Program-made: the position numbers and the translations under genes | The notes under the pieces: model-generated | Told to the model about the DNA's origin: nothing | Seen by the model: the letters and a program-made list of their open reading frames with translations, nothing else | Databases searched by the model: none | Shown: in pieces, positions 55,401-64,000 of the stretch | How the letters are laid out: each line of letters begins with the position of its first letter | Position numbering within the stretch: position 1 is the stretch's first letter | Assembly: GCA_950097015.1 (NCBI GenBank) | Contig: CATNEN010000029.1 | Span: 1 to 64,000, forward strand | Reading direction: 5' to 3' | Origin: Macrostomum hystrix | Lineage: Eukaryota > Animalia > Platyhelminthes | Length of the DNA: 64,000 nucleotides

Positions 55401-58400
55401 TGAATTAGAAATGAGATATTTTACAACAAATTAAAAACCAAATGCTTAGATTTGTCATTAATGTCAATCAATAAATTGACCCGTTGAAAAGTTGCTCAAG
55501 TCAATACTTGAATAAACTACTCGTATCTGGATTAGAAGGAAAAATAATTTCAACTGAAGAAGACAACAAACAAAAGGTACTTTGGTCGGCATTCGATCGA
55601 TCAATCGATCGATCAGAACAAAAGCTTTGAGCGAAAGTAAAATAAAAATGAAATCGCAACATTTGCTTTCACCGTATTTAGTTTCCCAATTGATCCTTGC
55701 TCGAGAAATGCATTGCGCTGCATTGTAAGTTCAAAAATGTTCAATGAAATTCAATGCTACCCATGCAAACTTTGCATTTAAATATTTGTCTACATAGTCA
55801 AAAAAGAACAAAAATACAAGAATATTTACGAAAAAAGACACCAGAAAGTGCTCAAATACGAAAATAGAATTTCTGACTATGCGGTGCCTTAGAAGTAGAC
55901 ATATTGAAAATCTTATCCTTGAGAAAAGACGATGTGACTCCTGGACTTAAAATATGACACAATGAGAATCGTAGCCTTAGAAGTACACACAATGAGAATC
56001 ATAGCCTTAAAGGTACATACAATGAGAATCGTAGCCTTAGAAGTACATACAATGAGAATCGTAGTCTTAAAATATGACACAATGAGAATCGTAGTCTTAG
56101 AATATGACACAATGAGAATCGTAGCCTTAAAAGCAGACACAATGAGAATCGTAGTCTTAGAATATGACACAATGAGAATCGTAGCCTTAAAAGCAGACAC
56201 AATGAGAATCGTAGTCTTAGAATATGACACAATGAGAATCGTAGCCTTAAAAGCAGACACAATGAGAATCGTAGCCTTAGAAGTACACACAATTGGAACC
56301 GTAGCCATAAAAGCAGACACAATGAGAATCGTAGCGTTTGTAGTAAACAATATGAGAATCGTAGCCTTAGAAGCAGACACAATGAGAATCGTAGCCTTAG
56401 AAGTACACACAATTGGAACCGTAGCCTTAAAAGCAGACACAATGAGAATCGTAGCCTTTGTAGTAGACAATATGAGAATCGTAGCCTTAGAAGCAGACAC
56501 AATGAGAATCGTAGCCTTTGTAGTAGACAATATGAGAACCGTAGCCTTAAAAGCAGACACAATGAGAATCGTAGCCTTTGTAGTAGACAATATGAGAATC
56601 GTAGCCTTAGAAGCAGACACAATGAGAATCGTAGCCTTTGTAGTAGACAATATGAGAACCGTAGCCTTAAAAGCAGACACAATGAGAATCGTAGCCTTTG
56701 TAGTAGACAATATGAGAATCGTAGCCTTAGAAGCAGACACAATGAGAATCGTAGCCTTAGAAGCAGACACAATGAGAATCGTAGCCTTTGAAGTACACAC
56801 AATGAGAATCGTAGCCTTAGAAGCAGACACAATGAGAATCGTAGCCTTTGAAGTACACACAATGAGAATCGTAGCCTTAGAATATGACACAATGAGAATC
56901 GTAGCCTTTGAAGTAGACAATATGAGAATCGTAGCCTTAGAAGCAGACACAATGAGAATCGTAGCCTTAGAAGCAGACACAATGAGAATCGTAGCCTTAG
57001 AAGCAGACACAATGAGAATCGTAGCCTTTGAAGTACACACAATGAGAATCGTAGCCTTAGAAGCAGACACAATGAGAATCGTAGCCTTTGAAGTACACAC
57101 AATGAGAATCGTAGCCTTAGAAGCAGACACAATGAGAATCGTAGCCTTTGAAGTACACACAATGAGAATCGTAGCCTTAGAAGCAGACACAATGAGAATC
57201 GTAGCCTTAGAAGCAGACACAATGAGAATCGTAGCCTTTGAAGTACACACAATGAGAATCATAGCCTTAGAAGCAGACACAATGAGAATCGTAGCCTTAG
57301 AAGCAGACACAATGAATGACACAAGCAGACACAAGCAACACATTGAAGTAGACAATATGATAATCTCATTGTAGTACAATTACAACAATGTCCACCGCTA
57401 AACTTGAATCTGCAGGCGTGCAACTCAACGTTAATTCTTGGTCGACCTCTGCTGTTGAACGAAACTGGCAGCGCCGGTTGTCCTTTCTGCCAGTTGACAC
57501 CGGCAAACCTCACTGATCCGTTCGCTGATTGCGAAGCCAGGCCCGGACTCTGTCATTTTCTTCGAGGCGCTCGGGTGTCTGCTGCGGCGGGATCATCCGG
57601 ACTGCTTCAAACGACGGCATTGCTACGCATCCTGATTGATGTGTTCAGCCTGACTGGCGGTAATGTTGGAGTGGCTGCCGCAGTTCGGCAGATTCGCGAC
57701 TCGATGGTTGAGCGACAGTTTGTGCACTGCAGGAGCCGGCGAGCCACTCGGCTGGATTATCAGGGCCAGTTTAGTGTCGGTTCCGGCCTGGCTTTGACGA
57801 TGCCGTTGGCTAGCGCCCGGCGAAGCTGGCTGGAGGGGCGGCACGTAATTGTTGGACTTAAGATGGTGCGGATTTGAATGCTGGGGTCAAGCAGTACGAG
57901 TTGGAGGAGTGAGGTGGGTGAAGGAGGGAGTTGGGAGAAGGAGTGAGGTGGGTGAAGGAGTAAGGTGGGTGAAGGAGTGAGGTGGGTGAAGGAGTGAGGT
58001 GGGTGAAGGAGTGAGGTGGTTATGGGAATGAGATGTCGGATTAATTAGGTTGGTAGAGGAGTGAAGTGGGTAGTGTGGTTAGGTGGGCGGAGGAGTTGGT
58101 TCAGAATACTAATAAGATGGGGTGGAGGAGGGAGGTGGGTGAAGTAGGCAGGTGAGGAAGTGGATTGAGGTAGATTTAGATGAGTGAGATTTACAAACTG
58201 TAATACTGTAATTGTAATACTTTAAAACTGTAATTAAATTGAGTTAGTGTTGTAATTAGAAACCTGGTGAACACAAAAGTACTCAAATATTAGACATGCG
58301 GAAGAAAAGAGCAATTTATACTTATTTAGGAAGTATTTAGAAGTACGATATGGACATTTTGAAAATGTACTTTTCCAGACTCCTGACACCTGAGCATTAT

Positions 58401-61400
58401 ATTAAAATAATGCTACCAAATTAATAAATAATTTGGTATTCACACTCCGGTTCAATGTACGAGCTAGACAGCACGTCGGTGTCAGGAGTATGATAAGACT
58501 GATTTGGTTTCCTGATATAGTTATACGGTTTGGGTCAGTAATCGCATTAGTTCCCAGTACTTCTTCGGGTGTCTTACCATGCAGAAAATGTGTTAGACAA
58601 CATCTTATACGCTCGTAATTAACCTGATAAAACCAACCCAGCTAGTCCAGGTCTATAATTAGGCTGTGTGTACTGTTCGTGCACTAGAAGAATTACTCTG
58701 AGTTACCTGCTCAGCGAAACACATAAATCTAGTCCCACCTGATCCGTATTTCTACAGGTCGCTCCATTCACATTTCCTGGCTCTGTGACGAAGGACGGCT
58801 TTGAAGTGAATGTAACAGGATTGGTCATCGACATGCTGAATGAAATAGCCAGCCGCCTGAAGTTCACGTGAGCGAGAAAAAGTTCTTTGCGGAGTGAAGT
58901 TAATGTTTGCGGAGTGAGGTTGGTGTTTGCGGAGTGAGGTTGGCGTTTGTGGAGTGAGGTTGGTCTTTGCGGAGTGAGGTTGGTACTTGCGAAGTGAGGT
59001 TGGTGCTTGCGGAGTGAGGTTGGTTTTCGACTGTTTGACGTTGTGCTTTTCGTGTTAAATGTTTCACAAAGTACAGTGTATGATACAATCGCAATAATCC
59101 TTACTCTGTAGGTACAGCCTACGTCAGCCAGCCGACGGACTTTGGGGAGGCGTGTATCCGAACGGCACCTGGAACGGCATGGTCAAAGAGATAATGGATG
59201 GGGTAAGTACAGATTCAGGACTTTGCGCATCATTTCTAGTTTAGGAGGGTAAAATGCTTTGTCCATGATTAAAAGGCATATACTATCAAAGACCTGCTCT
59301 GAAATTACGAACTCTATATTGCTCACAATCGAAGTCAAAATCCAGCATCCAGCACTGACTGTCTCCGCAGAAAATCGAGTTCGCCATTGGTCCATTTACA
59401 ATGACAGCAATTAGACAGAGGGTGATCGATTTCTCGGTCGCATACATGGAGGACGGAAATTCCATTTTGATCAAGAAGCCAGGCAAGCGGTTTTCGATAG
59501 ATATTTTTCAGAAAGTGTTCTAAGCAAAGTTTTAGACAAAGCTAAAAATATGTGCCTCTCTGTAGGCCAGGAGAACCCGATGTTCCGGGTGCTGTCGCCG
59601 TTCTCGCTGCACAGCTGGCTGGCAATATTGGGCTCGGTGTTTGTTGCGGCGATCTGCATGTTCCTCTTCTCTTACCTGTCCCCCTTCTCCGCATGGAACA
59701 TGGACCTGCCGGACAAGATCTCAGACGAGGTGTCAATCAAGGAAAACTTCTGGTCCGTTATTGGTTCACTACTGCAGCAAGGTGAGGCCGATGCACTATT
59801 TGCCTTTCAGACTTTCACCTCATATACCGTCTAACCCACTCATAAATCATCCACCCCGCTCCCCGCTAACCCAACCCCACTCCCCGCTAACCCAACCCCA
59901 CTCCCCGCTAACCCAACCCCACTCCCCGCTAACCCAACCCCACTCCCCGCTAACCCAACCCCACTCCCCGCTAACCCAACCCCACTCCCCGCTAGCCCAA
60001 CTGTCTAACTCAATTTTATCCCACCAACCCCACTTGGAACTTATCCACACGCTCCAAGCTTATCCGTTCCTCTCTAAACTTGCCAACCCCACTCCTAACT
60101 CATCCACCCCACTCCTCGCTAGCCCACTTCACTGCTTATCGCCGGCCCGCTATTCCATAAAAAACCAGGCCAGGACTTCTATCCAGTAGCAACTTCATCA
60201 CGCTTCGTACTTGGCTTCTGGTGGATAGTCAGCGTTGTGATGATGGCCTACTACACTGCCGACATGATCGGCTACTTAACGCTGAACATCCCGGCTGCCA
60301 CGGTGAAAAATCTGGACGAGCTGGCGAGCCAGACCGCCATACGGCCGGTGGTGAAGTCCGGCACCAATGTGCAGACTCTCTTTCAGGTTGAACCTTTGTT
60401 ACACTTTGATTGTCTTCCCTTCTTAGGGAATCGAACTACTTAGTAATGCGCCCGATTGTCAAGCAATGACCACTATGGTAGTAGAAAGGGCATTGCTTTT
60501 GTAATCTACTGGAAATTCGTCAAAGGCCAATTTTGCCTAAAAAATTATGTGTTCAACGAAACCGGTATTGGCCATAGTTTTTATGTACCGGGGTATTTTG
60601 AAGCTCATTTGGCCGTTTTTTATTTGGCGAATAGTTTTCCAGAGATCGAGAGTGCAAAGACAACCAATCACAAAGCACAGAGACAACCAATCACAAAGCA
60701 CAGAGACAACCAATCACAAAGCACAGAGACAACCAATCACAAAGCACAGAGACAACCAATCACAAAGCACAGAGACAACCAATCACAAAGCACAGAGACA
60801 ACCAATCACAAAGCACAGAGACAACCAATCACAAAGCACAGAGACAACCAATCACAAAGCACAGAGACAACCAATCACAAAGCACAGAGACAACCGATCA
60901 CAAAGCACAGAGACGAAAGAGGGGCGCTTTCAAAAACCCGAAATATCAGAACGCCGAAATTTCACTGCAGAGATAGGAGTCTCCCATCCCTACCGCACGA
61001 TTCGGAGTTGTGAAATTTCTATCTTATTATAAAAGAGAATGTCGTTCAACGATGTGAAACTTTGGGTTTGTGAACACTCGAGGCAGGGGCACCAAGTGTC
61101 AATGCGCGGAATTGTCGCGACATCCATAGAATAGTTTTCTCAGAATTATTGCAGATCATATCTCAGTCAATCATATTTTTCAAGTCAGTCATAAACCAAA
61201 GTCTCGCCTGTCTTAACTCCCCCCCCCAGACCTCGGCACTGGGCAGCACCTACTCCAAGATTTACTCGCTCATGGGCCAAATGCCATACATCACAGAGAC
61301 CTACCAGGGTATTGATCTGGTAGTCAACGGAAGCACGCAGTACGCCTACATCTCTGATAGGACCCAGCTGCGATACATTGCACTGACCAACTGCGACCTA

Positions 61401-62319
61401 ATGCTGCTCAGCGACATCTTCAATGTGGCCACGTTCGGCTGGCCGCTGCCCAAGGGTGCAGTTTACAAGCCCGATATAGATAATGAGTGGGTTTGAAAGT
61501 TTGCTCAGTTTTTTAGGAAACCATTCTCCGTCATGACAAACATCAGCTGCCCGAAAAATCAGTACAAAGATCAAGACCAATCGAAGCATCAGCAAACCCG
61601 CTTCAAACCAACCTCCCCTTTCTCAAACAACAACCTCACTCTGTTATCGATCCCGCCTAAATAATCGCCACTCCGTCATCGACCCCGCCAAGACAACAAC
61701 CCCGCTCCGTCATCGACCCAGCCTAGACACCAGCCCCACTCCGTCATCGACCCAGCCTAGACACCAACCCCACTCCGTCATCGACCAAGCCTAGACACCA
61801 ACTCCACTCCGTCATCGACCAAGCCTAGATACCAAACCCACTCCGTCATCGACCAAGCCTAGACACCAAACCCACTCCGTCATCGACCAAGCCTAGACAC
61901 CAACCCCACTCCGTCATCGACCAAGCCTAGACACCAACCCCACTCCGTTATCGACCCAGCCTATAAGACACTGAACACAAAGACAATTATTGCCTTCTTT
62001 TCAACCTAATCGCAGAATCCGCAGCATGATTGACTCTGGCCTGATCTCCCGCTGGATTCGGAAATGGTGGCGCGCCGAGAGCATCTGCAGCCTGGACAGC
62101 TCTCTGTCCGACTCAACCCCAATCGGCATCCAGGAGTCCAGTGGCGGCTTCATCATCGCTGCCGGATTCTACGGCTGCGGCCTGCTTCTGCTGCTGCTCG
62201 AGTTTGTAGTTGATGCCATAAATCGGCGTTGCAAATCCAAGAAGCCGCTGGAAGAACCGCATCACCACCATCAGCACTACAGGGACAGGTCCTACCGATC
62301 TACTAAGGATTACTATTAA
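49444..62319 (+). CDS. Divergent ionotropic glutamate receptor / IR-like subunit B, paralog of A, 12 exons, 801 aa
   Basis: Exons: 49444-49513, 52390-52524, 53049-53306, 54769-54953, 57416-57865, 58758-58867, 59112-59202, 59371-59482, 59566-59781, 60169-60386, 61230-61486, 62016-62319; total 2406 nt. Core exon lengths 110/91/112/216/218 are identical to A. The exon 3 and 4 acceptors are the least certain. Confidence 0.9.
49617..50035. repeat. 20/21-bp minisatellite (CCTTCACTAACCAATCCGCC), receptor B intron 1
   Basis: About 20 copies; same unit as 54060-54715. Confidence 0.95.
50060..50455 (+). mobile_element. Dispersed MITE-like repeat, internal part
   Basis: AACGATGAACTAA...GTGAGCAGAAAA...TCTGGAAGTTG, similar to 53325-53690 and 63340-63680. 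Confidence 0.55.
50480..50695 (+). mobile_element. SINE family A, partial copy
   Basis: GCTCAGGAGTCAG...GCTGGCTGCGGGTCTA...CACCAAATGATGTGCCA. Confidence 0.7.
52040..52225. repeat. 20-bp repeat (CAGTGAGAGTATCAGGCAGT)
   Basis: About 9 copies. Confidence 0.85.
53325..53690 (+). mobile_element. Dispersed MITE-like repeat, internal part, in receptor B intron 3
   Basis: Similar to 50060-50455. Confidence 0.55.
54060..54715. repeat. 21-bp minisatellite (CCTTCACTAACCAATCCGCCT), receptor B intron 3
   Basis: About 31 copies. Confidence 0.95.
54970..55290 (-). mobile_element. SINE family A copy
   Basis: Reverse complement of the head, body and tail of 23882-24185. Confidence 0.8.
55955..57320. repeat. 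30-bp minisatellite (ACACAATGAGAATCGTAGCCTTAGAAGCAG), receptor B intron 4
   Basis: About 45 copies. Confidence 0.95.
57900..58190. repeat. Degenerate 17-bp repeat (GGAGTGAGGTGGGTGAA), receptor B intron 5
   Basis: Read directly. Confidence 0.75.
58885..59025. repeat. 20-bp repeat (TTGCGGAGTGAGGTTGGTGT), receptor B intron 6
   Basis: About 7 copies. Confidence 0.85.
59850..60000. repeat. 21-bp repeat (CCCCACTCCCCGCTAACCCAA), receptor B intron 9
   Basis: About 7 copies. Confidence 0.9.
60655..60915. repeat. 23-bp repeat (AGAGACAACCAATCACAAAGCAC), receptor B intron 10
   Basis: About 11 copies. Confidence 0.93.
61670..61965. repeat. 34-bp repeat (CCACTCCGTCATCGACCAAGCCTAGACACCAACC), receptor B intron 11
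   Basis: About 8 copies. Confidence 0.9.
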
Positions 62320-62532
62320 ACTGAATTCATCGAGGAGCATTGAAATAACAATATAGCGATCTATATGGTACAGAACTGTACTAGTGTATTAATGGCATAC
62401 ATCACAATATATCTATTTCATTCACACTCGCGAAAGCATTCTTGCCCATAAATTCAGTCATAAATGAAGGACAGGACAGGATTGCTAACCTGGATACTGG
62501 GACCTCGAACCCCTAGCTGACGTATATTATTA

Positions 62533-63015
62533 AAGTGGACTGAACAAGAGGTGGACTGAACCAGAGGTGGACTGAACCAGTGGTGGACTGAACCAGAGGT
62601 GGACTGAACCAGTGGTGGACTGAACCAGAGGTGGACTGAACCAGTGGTGGACTGAACCAGAGGTGGACTGAACCAGAGGTGGACTGAACCAGAGGTGGAC
62701 TGAACCAGAGGTGGACTGAACCAGAGGTGGACTGAACCAGAGGTGGACTGAACCAGAGGTGGACTGAACCAGAGGTGGACTGAACCAGAGGTGGACTGAA
62801 CCAGTGGTGGACTGAACCAGTGGTGGACTGAACCAGAGGTGGACTGAACCAGTGGTGGACTGAACCAGAGGTGGACTGAACCAGAGGTGGACTGAACCAG
62901 AGGTGGACTGAACCAGTGGTGGACTGAACCAGAGGTGGACTGAACCAGAGGTGGACTGAACCAGAGGTGGACTGAACCAGAGGTGGACTGAACCAGAGGT
63001 GGACTGAACCAGTGG
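62533..63015. repeat. 16-bp minisatellite (GTGGACTGAACCAGAG)
   Basis: About 30 copies. Confidence 0.95.
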
Positions 63016-63244
63016 TAGTCCAAAGCTGGACAAGCTAAAGTTGAAGTCAAACTAATGCGGGACGTTGGCAGGTTCGCAATCCGTTATTCTCCTTCATCCA
63101 TGAACAGTCAAGCTCACGCCTTGCAATGGTGACATTGCTGTAGTAGTTCCTTTACATTCGATATTTCGCACCCCGGTAAGCACCGTTGTGCACTTATTTA
63201 ATCCCAGCAACTCTTTAACAGTTGGAGGACCGCGCTATTTTTCT

Positions 63245-63735
63245 CACTGGGGAAGACCACGGGGATATTTCAACTACCCACAGCCTACTTCACGGTAGCT
63301 CCCAAACCGAATGACCGATTTTAATGAAATTCCCCCATCTGAATCTAACTTTCCGCCTTATAACGATAAACTTTTCAAAGTTTCAAAGCCGACATTGCTC
63401 AGTATAAAGTTCTATTGCGAATCCATATTAGTTCAAAGCTAACTGAAAAAAGCAACAGTTTTATCAATCCAAAATAGTTAACAATGATAGCCGACATGGC
63501 TACATTATGAATTTTGTGAGCAGAAAAAATATGTCTATGTGTGGTTCATGCCACCAGACACTGCGAAGAGAATCGTTGAATATCTAGACGATGCTAAGGT
63601 TTTGTGATTCTGGAAGTTGTTTAATCTTATAGAGCGGAAAATTTTAATCCGCGTTCAGTATTTTCATGGCTATTGGTTGAAAATTGCAGGTTTTTTAACG
63701 TTTATCTCCAAACCCCCCCGTGGTGTTTCTACTGC
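63245..63735 (+). mobile_element. Dispersed MITE-like element, most complete copy (about 490 bp)
   Basis: Left end CACTGGGGAAGACCACGGGG; partial inverted match CCCCGTGGTGTTTC at about 63717; interior shared with 43226, 50060 and 53325. Confidence 0.6.
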
Positions 63736-64000
63736 CGAAGAAGCACGGAACAGGTTTTCGCTTCTTGACGATCGCCTTCAGTAGACGAAAATCTGGTTTT
63801 TCTAAACCTCGACGAAAAGCACGATTACACAAAGCATCAAAGTTATTCTAATTTTTTTGTGTTTTTATCAAAAGCTCGCCTTGGCCCAGATTTAATTTGC
63901 CAATCTTCTTAAATTGTGCGCTGCCCAAAGTGTTAACGCATTCTAAAATGAGAACTAAAAATAAAGCAGACAACATTTCAAAAGAACTGATTTAAATGTT

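Noticed and set aside
55913-57379. 470-488-aa ORFs on both strands
   Set aside because: A 30-bp array lying wholly within receptor B intron 4.

Overview
Repeat-rich animal (invertebrate) genomic DNA with spliceosomal GT-AG introns, not prokaryotic. The mix of GC-rich exons and minisatellite-filled introns is reminiscent of the flatworm Macrostomum, but that is only an impression. Five protein-coding genes were reconstructed by hand from splice sites and reading phase: (1) the probable last exon of a DHDH-like oxidoreductase (+, 2622-2731); (2) an intronless somatostatin/allatostatin-C-type GPCR (+, 12203-13394) with a 1-nt frameshift; (3) an 8-exon otopetrin proton channel (-, 23372-28926, 677 aa); (4, 5) two divergently transcribed paralogous iGluR/ionotropic-receptor-like genes (-, 31889-45006, 794 aa; +, 49444-62319, 801 aa). 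Both receptor genes carry the non-canonical M3 gate motif YTADMIGYL in place of SYTANLAAF. The rest is about 30 tandem arrays (most larger introns hold their own), two tRNA-derived SINE families (one CORE-like), an internally deleted Tc1 element and MITE-like repeats. Nearly all long ORFs in the supplied track are tandem-repeat artefacts. Exon and motif coordinates were counted by hand and repeat boundaries are approximate.
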